From positions 2,160 to 66,159 of the forward strand of contig JAGGUN010000052.1 in the NCBI GenBank assembly GCA_021158465.1: 64,000 nucleotides of DNA, in the 5' to 3' direction. A program made the translations under genes and the position numbers. The stretch is from a bacterium (GTDB lineage Bacteria > UBP14 > UBA6098 > 4484-93). Below, one piece after another: positions 24,601 to 33,157 of this stretch. The notes beneath the pieces are model-generated. The model made no database searches. It saw nothing but the letters and a program-made list of their open reading frames with translations, and was not told the origin of the DNA. Positions within the stretch are counted from its first letter, which is position 1. Each line of letters opens with the position of its first letter.

Positions 24601-27416
24601 TCACATTCGTCGAGGACGGTAAGGTATGGCATCGCAAGGAAATTGGAAACCCTGATTGGCAATATATAAAGTTCGCAAGGCTCTGGGTCGATGGTGTCGA
24701 GGATTCAAGCATTATCTCCATCGCCTCAATCGAACTGGTGGGAAACAAGTGGCAAACGGAATCCGACTATCTCGATGTCTCGGTGAAAAACACGCACGAG
24801 AATGCTGACTACATCCCCCCTCCTGGTGTCCAGGGAGAAAGAGACCCAAGAACTGGATTAAGGGAAGCAGAGCAATCGCTTGTGCTATACTACAACGACC
24901 TGCCACCTGGGTCCACAGCAACGGCAGTCAAACAGCTCTTACAGGCAGAAGACTACACATACTATCAGAGGCTGCATATGTTTGTCTACTGGAACGGCGA
25001 AGGTGGTATTGCACCTATACTCTTCCTGCGGATGGGAGCTGACGAGAACAACTTCTACGAGTTCGGAGTAACTCTATCCCCTCTATGGAATGAGAACAAC
25101 TTCATCGATGTGGACTTCGCCAAACTCACAGCGTTCAAGAATGAGGCATACCTCTCGCTCGATTCCGGAGCTACCGTTGTCGACACAACAAAACAGTTCG
25201 GGAATAAATACTTCCGGGTGAAAGGACAACCATCACTGACCAACATCCGCCGATACACACTTGGCGTCAAGAATCCAGATGAACTCTACCCCATCTCTGG
25301 CGAGATATGGGTGGACGAGCTAACGCTTCGGGATGTCCGCAAGGAGCCAGGAGGCGCACAGAGAGCAGAAGTAAGGCTGAATCTCGCTGACATAGGAAAT
25401 GTCGCATCATCGGTGGAGAGGAAGGACTCGGAATTCCACAGCCTGCGTGAGAAAAAAGGGACAGGCACAACAACGACATCCACCGGAGTGTCAGGACAGC
25501 TATACCTCGACAAGTTTGCACCGCGGAAACTGGGGATGTCACTACCAGTTTCTGTTTCCTACAACAAAAACTGGTCTACACCAAGGCTCGTACCAGGCTC
25601 CGACATAATCTTGCCCGACTCCCTCAGAACAAAACAGCAAACGATATCACGAAGCTACGGGGTTACCACATCGCTCGGGTTCAATGTTGACTCCCAAAAC
25701 TGGCTTATCCAAGGGTTCGTTAACAGGGTCAGGAATTCATTCTCATATAGGAACCAACGCTCAACAGGACCAACTACACCGCTCTCACTATCGGAAAACA
25801 CAAGTTTCCAGAATACATACGACGCCAGCCCGAAAAGTATGCACTTTATAAAACCGCTCGAGTTCCTGGCAAAACTCCTAAAAAAGAAACCTGCCACGGA
25901 AGACACAATAGCTGATACTATACAAACAGAGGAACCGGAAACACCAGGACTGCCGAAGGGAGACCAAATACCTGGAAGCAGCACAACAAAAGGTATATGG
26001 AACACAAAACTATATTACCTTCCGAAGACCATCAAGTTTGACACACAGATAACAGGCTCACATTCAAGGACCATCGACCAGTACAAAAACGACCGAACAA
26101 CGATAAACAAAACACTCAACCACACATTCACCCTCGGCTATCAACTGCTCGATCCGTTGACGACAAACCTTAACCTGAACATAAAGCGGGACATACGCTT
26201 CCCATCATCCATTTACATCCGGAAGGACAAGATACAGATAGGCGCGCCCTTGAGCAGAAGCCTAACCACACAAACATCCTTCTCACCAAAGCCTATATTT
26301 ATCCTGACACACAACTACAATTTCAGCACGAACTACTCCGAGAACACCGACCCACAGAGAAACCAGGGGTATTTCGGCTCCGTTTCCCTATCGCGAACCG
26401 TGAGGGGAAACTGGACAGTGGACCTGAAAAAGATACCAGGAATAAAGAAAAAAGGCTCACAAGGGGAAGGTCCGCTTTTGAGGATGTTGCAAGAGAGTGT
26501 CGGGAGGATTGGTCCCGTGAAGCTATCCGGGTCCCACGAGGAGAATGTGACCAAGCCAGCGCTCCTGGGGAGGCCTCTTATCTTCTTCCAGCTCGGCTGG
26601 ACAACAACACCCGGGGTCGGCTCGACCAAACCAACAGGCTCTTCATACACAACGGTAAGAGACCAAAAAACCACTACTGACAACATCTCCGCCAATACGA
26701 GGGTGAAACTCTTCTGGAGTTTTAACCTCGACAACATCGGAGCATCCTGGCGCAGAACAAAAACCAGATCATCCACCTCGACAGAAGACCAGACGCTCGT
26801 CCTACCAGATGCAAGAATGACCTGGTCGGGACTATCCAAGATAGACTTCATTAAGAAATATGCAAAAAGCACGACATTCTCCTCATCTTATAAGCGCACA
26901 CTGAGTAAAGGGTTCCAGAACGACCTGCTATCCCACAAAACCGAAACAAACGACTTTGCACCTCTTATCTCGGTAAGCATTGCATGGAAGAACAATGTTC
27001 AGACAAAGTTCGACCATACGAGGAAATACTCACGGGACGAAAATACAGGTGCTGCATCTCCGATCTTCAGAACTACATCTGAGAAGAGCTACTCGTTCAA
27101 CGCGAGCTACTCGTTCTCCGCCCCACAGGGGATAAAACTACCGCTTATAAAAACCATCCGTTTCGAGAACACACTGACAACATCCCTAACCTTCACGCTC
27201 ACGAGAACTACCTCAAAGAACGGTTCACTCCTCGGTGGAAAAGCGAGAATCGACAACGATATAAAGGAATGGAACCTCACTCCGAAGCTGACATACCGCT
27301 TCTCAAGAAACCTCGATGGTGCTCTGGAAGGAAAGTTCACAAACAGAAAGAATATGCTCATCAAGTCGACACAAAAGACACGGGAAATCTCCATATGGGT
27401 GGAACTCAAATTCTAA
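21609..27416 (+). CDS. sprA: T9SS translocon SprA/Sov-family outer-membrane protein
   Basis: The N-terminal SprA block is GLQVTGASKITFSG...SRFRITGTIGSKISVTVDQDSKR...NIKYTGEEDDIIQNLEAGNTTIGLPN..F.G....QGLFGIKGQFQLGNWEITAIASQEKG. The protein is long and beta-rich and ends ISIWVELKF, with a terminal Phe. The real start is probably TTG 21633 or ATG 21639 (signal MRLGLPLVVSLMFFASMPLVAQ). Confidence 0.85.
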   Translation: MVKIKEKFLQMRLGLPLVVSLMFFASMPLVAQELLPFWIPAVPRTDSPLFFPFEREPRFFNYKATDICYADFESGYVVVVRKINNLLTYQPYIIPIRNYIDYLEWKEFRLSGVSRKEGKLTREGSKGLKWEIPIRFPKVIQSFIGEGGTGLQVTGASKITFSGTSTWTESEEGEMDYPGQSKFPSLNMEQESRFRITGTIGSKISVTVDQDSKRNTELQNTVNIKYTGEEDDIIQNLEAGNTTIGLPNTRFVGYSEHVQGLFGIKGQFQLGNWEITAIASQEKGTSEKVTINAGASQSTFTIADYEYIKRKYFFIDDRFMPTNFTGEDSLISFDVYVDDRDNTNDNILGAHPGWAVLDPFYPDTTDEQDSHYGNFHKLDVTDYYIDARTGQLTLAYPVDESHALAVSYVVKTGTDIDTVGGTLPDGRLLLKLVKMPDRNPSMHCWRYEMRNIYSLHATNIDPDGLEINIYRGSITDSVDALGATKYIEIFGLDQQNEDMAPIPDGKVDRVYINYSDGELIFPALHPFAPEDIDTILVPSLALLPDTAQVPEIYNSNSETEIRQNSKFVIWVKTSARTDVYNLGRFNIIEGSEDIRLNGTKLVRGVDYTIDYFSGQVTFLNPEATNPNAQVTINFEYEPFFQPEAKNLLGTRVVYRFGDDDENWVGSTVLYKSEVSAEDRPRVGREPSKTLLTDVDISYQKKLPFLTSLVNAIPFVSTDAESKFEFSAEAAECFSNPNSKKKAYLDDFESAKDVVSLDIRRTTWTLASAPLGKGQDERGRLWWYNPYDRVPVKEIWPEKEVTAEESKVPVLVLNFADTAGIGTGSWAGIMRALPSGYYDQRETKYLEVWVKGNKGVLHIDLGVMQEDVNGDGILNTEDADSNGVLYASEDVGLDGLADEDEPGYNPSSNPDPNGDNWRYDSPYDYSHINGTEGNRNDPDGGRNPDTEDINHDGFLERFNNYFEFDIDLSSSHFEVPGTRSTESGDYWRLYRIPIQDSLFTFVEDGKVWHRKEIGNPDWQYIKFARLWVDGVEDSSIISIASIELVGNKWQTESDYLDVSVKNTHENADYIPPPGVQGERDPRTGLREAEQSLVLYYNDLPPGSTATAVKQLLQAEDYTYYQRLHMFVYWNGEGGIAPILFLRMGADENNFYEFGVTLSPLWNENNFIDVDFAKLTAFKNEAYLSLDSGATVVDTTKQFGNKYFRVKGQPSLTNIRRYTLGVKNPDELYPISGEIWVDELTLRDVRKEPGGAQRAEVRLNLADIGNVASSVERKDSEFHSLREKKGTGTTTTSTGVSGQLYLDKFAPRKLGMSLPVSVSYNKNWSTPRLVPGSDIILPDSLRTKQQTISRSYGVTTSLGFNVDSQNWLIQGFVNRVRNSFSYRNQRSTGPTTPLSLSENTSFQNTYDASPKSMHFIKPLEFLAKLLKKKPATEDTIADTIQTEEPETPGLPKGDQIPGSSTTKGIWNTKLYYLPKTIKFDTQITGSHSRTIDQYKNDRTTINKTLNHTFTLGYQLLDPLTTNLNLNIKRDIRFPSSIYIRKDKIQIGAPLSRSLTTQTSFSPKPIFILTHNYNFSTNYSENTDPQRNQGYFGSVSLSRTVRGNWTVDLKKIPGIKKKGSQGEGPLLRMLQESVGRIGPVKLSGSHEENVTKPALLGRPLIFFQLGWTTTPGVGSTKPTGSSYTTVRDQKTTTDNISANTRVKLFWSFNLDNIGASWRRTKTRSSTSTEDQTLVLPDARMTWSGLSKIDFIKKYAKSTTFSSSYKRTLSKGFQNDLLSHKTETNDFAPLISVSIAWKNNVQTKFDHTRKYSRDENTGAASPIFRTTSEKSYSFNASYSFSAPQGIKLPLIKTIRFENTLTTSLTFTLTRTTSKNGSLLGGKARIDNDIKEWNLTPKLTYRFSRNLDGALEGKFTNRKNMLIKSTQKTREISIWVELKF

Positions 27417-27428
27417 ATCAAGGACAAT

Positions 27429-28511
27429 ATGGAAGAAGATAGCTGTAAAAGGAGCAGGCAGATTATCAAGATAAGCCAGCTGTTTTCACTCAAATATCCG
27501 CTACCTGTGCTTCTCGAGAAGATAACAGAGGAAACCTGCAAGGTCTTCGCGGCGGAGCGGTCAAGCATATTTGTGGTCGATAGGAAGAGACGGTCACTGT
27601 GGACAATTGCCGCAACAGGGGTCGAAATCCTGAACCTCCCGATAGACGAGGGAATTGCTGGCTATGTGGCAATAACAGGAGAAGAGGTCTTCATACCAGA
27701 CGCATACAAAGACAGCAGATTCTCACCAAAAATGGACAGGATAACCGGATTCCACACGAAAAATATCGCCGCACTCCCGCTCTTCGACCCACAGAAGAGA
27801 ATAACAGGAGTGTGGGAGCTTTTAAATATCGATGAAAAGGAGGCAGGAGAAGAACAGTTCGAGCTGTTAAGGATCGTGGCAGGAGAGATAGCCGTTGCAC
27901 TCTCGAACGCCCTTCTGTTCGACCAGCTAAAGAAGAGCCTGAACAGCTTCATTATGACACTCGCTCTGACAATCGATGAACGACATCCGTTCACAAGAGG
28001 ACACACAAAAAGGGTGGCAGAATACTCCGTTGGAATAGCAAAGGAGATGGGGCTTCCAGAGGATAGAATCGAAAAGATAAGGATAGCCGCTATCCTGCAT
28101 GACTACGGCAAGATAGCTATCCCTGATTCCATACTGAAGAAAGCAGGAAGTCTAACCCCTGAGGAATATGAAATAATGAAAACACACTCACAGCTCACAT
28201 ACGATATCCTCAAGAATGTCGAACTACCCGAGGGGTGCGAAGATGTGGTAAAGATCGCATCCCTCCACCACGAGAGGATCGATGGAAGCGGATACCCGTA
28301 TGGTCTATCCGATGACCAGATCCCCATCGAGGCACAGATTATCGGAATCGCAGATGAATTCGACGCAGCAACAACAATCCGAGAGTACAGCGGAGCAAAA
28401 TCGTTCAAAACAGCAAAAAAAGAGATAGAAGAACAGAGAGGGAAAAAGTTCTCCGAAGAGGTAACAGACGCTTTTATTCGATACCTCGAAAAATACCTGA
28501 AAAACAGATGA
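27429..28511 (+). CDS. GAF domain / HD-GYP domain c-di-GMP phosphodiesterase-type protein
   Basis: The GAF-like N-half contains IFVVDRKRRSLW...DEGIAGYVA. The HD-GYP blocks are HTKRVAEYS, LHDYGKIAIPD and HHERIDGSGYPYGL. Confidence 0.85.
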   Translation: MEEDSCKRSRQIIKISQLFSLKYPLPVLLEKITEETCKVFAAERSSIFVVDRKRRSLWTIAATGVEILNLPIDEGIAGYVAITGEEVFIPDAYKDSRFSPKMDRITGFHTKNIAALPLFDPQKRITGVWELLNIDEKEAGEEQFELLRIVAGEIAVALSNALLFDQLKKSLNSFIMTLALTIDERHPFTRGHTKRVAEYSVGIAKEMGLPEDRIEKIRIAAILHDYGKIAIPDSILKKAGSLTPEEYEIMKTHSQLTYDILKNVELPEGCEDVVKIASLHHERIDGSGYPYGLSDDQIPIEAQIIGIADEFDAATTIREYSGAKSFKTAKKEIEEQRGKKFSEEVTDAFIRYLEKYLKNR

Positions 28512-29158
28512 ACACAAGCCAAAGACTGCTTGAGATTTACAAGCACCTCCTTGACTATTTTGGACCACAAAACTGGTGGCCAGCAGAGACAAAAGAGGAG
28601 ATCATAATAGGGGCAGTCCTCACTCAGAATACCAACTGGAAAAATGTCGAAAAGGCAATAAGCAACCTGAAAAACAACGGAATCCTATCGATAAAGGAAA
28701 TAGACAAAACCGACATATCCACCATTGCAGAACTAATAAAGCCGTCAGGCTACTTCAACCAGAAGGCAAAAAAACTGAAGAGGCTCTCACACTTTCTGGT
28801 GAAGCACTACGACGGCGATGCGGATAAGCTCAAATCTGTCCCAACGGAGAGACTACGGAGTGAACTGCTATCCATAAATGGGGTAGGACCAGAGACCGCA
28901 GACAGCATCCTGCTTTATGCCCTTGAAAGACCTGTGTTCGTCGTGGATGCATACAGCTTCCGGCTCGCCATCCGACACAACCTCATCTGGGAGGATGCCA
29001 CATACAAGGAGCTTCAGGAGCTGTTTACACAAAACCTACCCAAGGATAGCTCGCTCTACAACGAATATCATGCGCTGATCGTCCAGCTTGGGAAGAGCTT
29101 CTGCAAGAAGAAAAACCCTATATGCAGTAGCTGCCCATTAAATTTTGATTTGCATTGA
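28508..29158 (+). CDS. Endonuclease III-related HhH-GPD protein (COG2231-like)
   Basis: The protein reads [25 protein letters not shown] and [17 protein letters not shown], with the C-terminal Cys cluster [13 protein letters not shown]. Confidence 0.75.
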   Translation: MNTSQRLLEIYKHLLDYFGPQNWWPAETKEEIIIGAVLTQNTNWKNVEKAISNLKNNGILSIKEIDKTDISTIAELIKPSGYFNQKAKKLKRLSHFLVKHYDGDADKLKSVPTERLRSELLSINGVGPETADSILLYALERPVFVVDAYSFRLAIRHNLIWEDATYKELQELFTQNLPKDSSLYNEYHALIVQLGKSFCKKKNPICSSCPLNFDLH

Positions 29159-29178
29159 GATACAAAAAGAGTTATAAT
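29150..29178 (+). promoter_or_regulatory. Candidate internal promoter for eno (TTGCAT-17-TATAAT)
   Basis: The hexamers are at 29150-29155 and 29173-29178, 30 nt upstream of ATG 29209. Confidence 0.45.
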
Positions 29179-29208
29179 AAGAATTCACCTTTAGTCAAAG
29201 GAGAGAAA

Positions 29209-30489
29209 ATGGACGAGATTATTGACATTTACGCAAGGGAGATTCTGGATTCGCGAGGGAACCCGACGATTGCTGTTGAGGTGCTTCTCGAGGACGGGAC
29301 AGTTGGTAGTGCTGCCGTTCCCTCAGGAGCATCAACAGGTGTGCATGAGGCACTGGAGCTTCGGGACAACGACCCTTCACGCTACAAGGGCAAAGGCGTT
29401 CTGAAGGCGGTTGAGAATGTCAACGAGGTTATAGCTGATGACATTATCGGGCTCGAGGCATGCGACCAGCCCCAAATAGACCGTGTGTTAATAGAACTGG
29501 ACGGAACGGAGAACAAGGAAAAGCTTGGCGCAAACGCAATCCTTGGCGTCTCGATGGCTGTTGCTCGGGCTGCGGCAAATTTCCTCGAGATGCCTCTATA
29601 TATGTATCTGGGCGGAACAACGGCAAGAACGCTTCCCATACCGTTCCTGAACCTGATAAACGGCGGAAAACACGCCGGGGAAAAACTCGACATCCAGGAA
29701 TTTATGATAGCACCGGTAAAAGCAGGTAGCTTTCGGGAGGCGATGAGGTGGGCATCGGAGATCTTTCACACGATAAAGTCGATTCTGGAGAAAGACGGAC
29801 ACCAGACAACAGTCGGCGACGAAGGAGGGTTCGCACCAGACCTGAAAGATAACAGGGAGGCAATCGAATATATCCTCAGTGGAATAGAAAAAGCAGGGTA
29901 CAAACCCGGCGAGGATGTGTTCATCGCACTCGATGCGGCAGCCTCAAACTTCTACGATGGAAGGAAGAAACTATACCGGTTCGAAGGAAAAACACTCTCC
30001 TCGGATGAGATGATCGAATACTACAAGCAGGTCGTTTCAAAGTATCCTATCATCTCGATTGAGGACGGGCTTGCAGAGGATGACTGGGACGGTTGGAAGG
30101 CTCTCACGGATGAGCTCGGTGAGAAGGTCCAGCTGGTCGGCGACGACCTTTTCGTTACCAACATTAAGAGGATAAAGGAGGGGGTAACTCGTGGCGTCGC
30201 AAATTCGGTCCTCATCAAGCCCAATCAGATAGGAACGGTAACAGAGACGATAGAGGCAGCAATGTGGACACTCAGAAGGGGTTATAATGCAATGGTCTCG
30301 CACCGTTCTGGTGAGACATCGGACGCATTTATCGCCGACCTTGCCGTTGCCCTCGGCACAGGGCAGATAAAGAGTGGATCAGTCTCGAGAAGCGAGAGAC
30401 TCGCTAAATACAACAGGCTTATGCAGATAGAGGACGAGCTCGACAAAAACGCAATATTCCCAGACTATCGCGAGCTTTTCAAAAGGTAG
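29209..30489 (+). CDS. eno: Enolase
   Basis: The N-terminus is [25 protein letters not shown], with later blocks ...SHRSGETSD and ...[21 protein letters not shown] 29209 (AAAGGAGAG upstream) replaces the track start at 29155. Confidence 0.95.
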   Translation: MDEIIDIYAREILDSRGNPTIAVEVLLEDGTVGSAAVPSGASTGVHEALELRDNDPSRYKGKGVLKAVENVNEVIADDIIGLEACDQPQIDRVLIELDGTENKEKLGANAILGVSMAVARAAANFLEMPLYMYLGGTTARTLPIPFLNLINGGKHAGEKLDIQEFMIAPVKAGSFREAMRWASEIFHTIKSILEKDGHQTTVGDEGGFAPDLKDNREAIEYILSGIEKAGYKPGEDVFIALDAAASNFYDGRKKLYRFEGKTLSSDEMIEYYKQVVSKYPIISIEDGLAEDDWDGWKALTDELGEKVQLVGDDLFVTNIKRIKEGVTRGVANSVLIKPNQIGTVTETIEAAMWTLRRGYNAMVSHRSGETSDAFIADLAVALGTGQIKSGSVSRSERLAKYNRLMQIEDELDKNAIFPDYRELFKR

Positions 30490-30491
30490 AT

Positions 30492-30833
30492 ATGCAGAAG
30501 AGATATTACAACAGACGCTATCTCCGGATTGACCCTAAGAGGCTTGAATTCATAAAAAAGAGAAAAAGAACCTTCATAATCCTCGGGGTAGTTGGAGCTG
30601 TCTTTGTCCTACTTTTCGCTGGCAACTACGGAGCGTGGGGAATTATAAAGAGACAGCTCCTCATTGCCCAGCTTAATCGGCAAATAAAAAGAGAAGAAGC
30701 GAAAATTGACTCTCTGAGACAGGAGATACAGCTCCTAAAGACCGATTCAGCATATATCGAAAAGGTAGCTCGGGAAGAGTTTTATATGGTAGGTAAGAAC
30801 GAGAAGCTTTTCATATTCCAGGAGAAGAAGTGA
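30492..30833 (+). CDS. ftsB: Septum formation initiator FtsB/DivIC-family protein
   Basis: It has a single TM helix and a coiled coil (LNRQIKREEAKIDSLRQEIQLLK), then DSAYIEKVAREEFYMVGKNE. The eno-ftsB adjacency is conserved. Confidence 0.75.
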   Translation: MQKRYYNRRYLRIDPKRLEFIKKRKRTFIILGVVGAVFVLLFAGNYGAWGIIKRQLLIAQLNRQIKREEAKIDSLRQEIQLLKTDSAYIEKVAREEFYMVGKNEKLFIFQEKK

Positions 30834-31531
30834 AAAAGGTAAGCATAAGATCTTCGCTCAAAAACAGTTTCCTTACCGGTCTGCTTGTCACAGCACCGAT
30901 TGTGATAACCGTTTTCGTCTTCTATGTTGCCTTTGTGAAGCTCGACAGTGTTCTCGGTAGTTTTCTGGCAAACTATGTTACACTCCCTGGAGGGAAACCG
31001 ATACCAGGTGTTGGGCTTGTAGCTCTGGTCGCTATAATCACAGGATTCGGCATCATCACAAGAAGCTACGCCGGTAAACTCTTCGTGAAAACAATAGACA
31101 CACTCTTTAGAAGCATACCGCTTGTCAAGGTACTCTACAACTCCATCAAGCAAGCAGGAAATATCATTGCCTCAAACAAACTTGTCTTCAAGAAGGTTCT
31201 CTTGGTAGATATGACCGAGACAGGAGTAAAAGGACTGGCGTTCTTGACAAGCGATTCAACCCTCAAGACTATCGATGGTAAGAGGTATATCTCAGTATTT
31301 TTCCCATCTGCTCCCACACCGACAACAGGGTTTATGCTTTTTGTCCCGGAGGAAAGGACGGTCGAGATAGAGATCGATATGGAATCTGCCCTGAAGATGG
31401 TTGTGTCCGGTGGTATGCTACGCCCGGAAAACTTTACCCTCCAAGGAAGGAAAGTAAGCTATGAAACAGTTGACAGTCGAGGACATCGAGAGCAACCCAG
31501 AGATCCGTGCGCTTATAATTCAGGCGGATAG
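30830..31531 (+). CDS. DUF502-family membrane protein
   Basis: The protein reads GLLVTAPIVITVFV, then a second TM helix, then IPLVKVLYNSIKQ and FFPSAPTPTTGFMLFVP. Its 3' 71 nt overlap the next CDS. Confidence 0.7.
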   Translation: MKKVSIRSSLKNSFLTGLLVTAPIVITVFVFYVAFVKLDSVLGSFLANYVTLPGGKPIPGVGLVALVAIITGFGIITRSYAGKLFVKTIDTLFRSIPLVKVLYNSIKQAGNIIASNKLVFKKVLLVDMTETGVKGLAFLTSDSTLKTIDGKRYISVFFPSAPTPTTGFMLFVPEERTVEIEIDMESALKMVVSGGMLRPENFTLQGRKVSYETVDSRGHREQPRDPCAYNSGG

Positions 31532-32126
31532 GGTGTTAGAGAAGCTCGGCTACACCGAGCACGGAATAAGACATGCGAAGCTCGTCTCCAGGGGAGCCGG
31601 GCAGATACTCACCGACCTCGGATACCCACCGAGAACAGTTGAACTCGCACGCATTGCCGGGTTCCTACACGACATCGGGAATGTCATCCACAGGGATTTC
31701 CACGCACAGTCATCGGCGCTCATCTCATTCTGGATGCTCCAAAGGATGGAGATGCCTATATCGGAGATAAGCCTCATAGTATCCGCTATCGGGAACCACC
31801 ACGAGGAAAACGGACTCCCGATAAACGAGATCGCTGCCGCCGTTATACTCGCTGACAAATCGGATGTCCATATGTCAAGGGTGAGAAACCCCAATATGAT
31901 AAAATTCGACATACACGATAGGGTCAACTATGCAGCGAGAAGAAGCGTGGTGCATGTGGACAGACTTGCAGGGGTTATCCAGATGGAGATAGAAATAGAT
32001 ACAAGCGTCTCGAGTGTGATGGAGTACTTCGAAATCTTCCTCTCACGAATGGTTGTCTCGAGGAAAGCAGCAGAAGCACTCGGAACAAAGTTCGAGCTGA
32101 TTATAAACAACTTTAAGCTGAGCTGA
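31461..32126 (+). CDS. HD-domain phosphohydrolase
   Basis: The HD blocks are HGIRHAKLV and AGFLHDIGN, followed by ..GNHHE. AAGGAAGGAAAG lies upstream of ATG 31461. Confidence 0.7.
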   Translation: MKQLTVEDIESNPEIRALIIQADRVLEKLGYTEHGIRHAKLVSRGAGQILTDLGYPPRTVELARIAGFLHDIGNVIHRDFHAQSSALISFWMLQRMEMPISEISLIVSAIGNHHEENGLPINEIAAAVILADKSDVHMSRVRNPNMIKFDIHDRVNYAARRSVVHVDRLAGVIQMEIEIDTSVSSVMEYFEIFLSRMVVSRKAAEALGTKFELIINNFKLS

Positions 32127-32131
32127 AACCG

Positions 32132-33157
32132 ATGGGTAAAAAACTAACCTACCAGGAATCAGGGGTCGACATAAAGGCTGTCAGCTCTATCAAGAAGAAG
32201 ATAGGAGAACTGGTCAAGGAGACATTCACCAGCTCGACTATATCGGAGTTCGGTCTGTTCGGCGGGATATACCAGATACCAGCTGGTAAAGGAAGAACAA
32301 TCATCGCATCGACCGATGGGGTCGGAACAAAGCTGTTCATCGCTCAGAAGATGAAAAGGTTCAACACAGTCGGAGTGGATATCGTCAACCATTGCATAAA
32401 CGACATAATCGTCCATGGTGCTGAGCCACTGTTCTTCCTCGACTACCTCGGGATACATACCCCAGGAGAATTTATCGTTGAGATCGTGAAAGGGATCTGC
32501 TCAGCCTGCAAAAATGCGGGTATTCCGCTCATCGCCGGTGAGACGGCTGTCCTGCCCGAGATGTATCCTGAAGGGAAGTTCGACCTCGTTGGAACAATAG
32601 TTGGCACCGTACGAAAAAAAGATATCATAACAGGAAAGAGGATAAAACCAGGTGACATAATAATCGGACTACCATCCTCAGGTCTCCACACGAACGGATA
32701 CACCCTCGCCAGGAAAGCCCTCTTCGAGAAAGGAAAAATGAAGATAGACGATACACTCCCCTCTCTTGAAAAGAGCATCGGAGAGGAACTTTTGACACCA
32801 CATACCTCTTACCTGGAACCTGTTCAGAGGGCGAAACGGAGATGCAAAATCCATGGAATGGCTCACATAACAGGTGGCGGAATAAAGGGGAACCTCGCTC
32901 GCGTCCTACCCGATGGAACATCAGCCGTTATCTACAGGAAAAACTGGCAGGTACCACCGATATTCAATATCATACAGAGAGCAGGAAACATCGACACAGA
33001 GGAGATGTACAATGTCTTCAATATGGGGATAGGATACCTGTTCATCGTTCCACCGCGGGAATTCGATAAGCTGAAACTCTCCATCGCATCCACCGGATCC
33101 AAGGGGATAGTCATTGGGAAGATAATACCAGGGGAAGGGGATGTCAGATTCGAGTAA
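32132..33157 (+). CDS. purM: Phosphoribosylformylglycinamidine cyclo-ligase (AIR synthetase)
   Basis: The protein reads YQESGVDI, STDGVGTKL, VNHCINDI...GAEPLFFLDY and MAHITGGG. Confidence 0.9.
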   Translation: MGKKLTYQESGVDIKAVSSIKKKIGELVKETFTSSTISEFGLFGGIYQIPAGKGRTIIASTDGVGTKLFIAQKMKRFNTVGVDIVNHCINDIIVHGAEPLFFLDYLGIHTPGEFIVEIVKGICSACKNAGIPLIAGETAVLPEMYPEGKFDLVGTIVGTVRKKDIITGKRIKPGDIIIGLPSSGLHTNGYTLARKALFEKGKMKIDDTLPSLEKSIGEELLTPHTSYLEPVQRAKRRCKIHGMAHITGGGIKGNLARVLPDGTSAVIYRKNWQVPPIFNIIQRAGNIDTEEMYNVFNMGIGYLFIVPPREFDKLKLSIASTGSKGIVIGKIIPGEGDVRFE

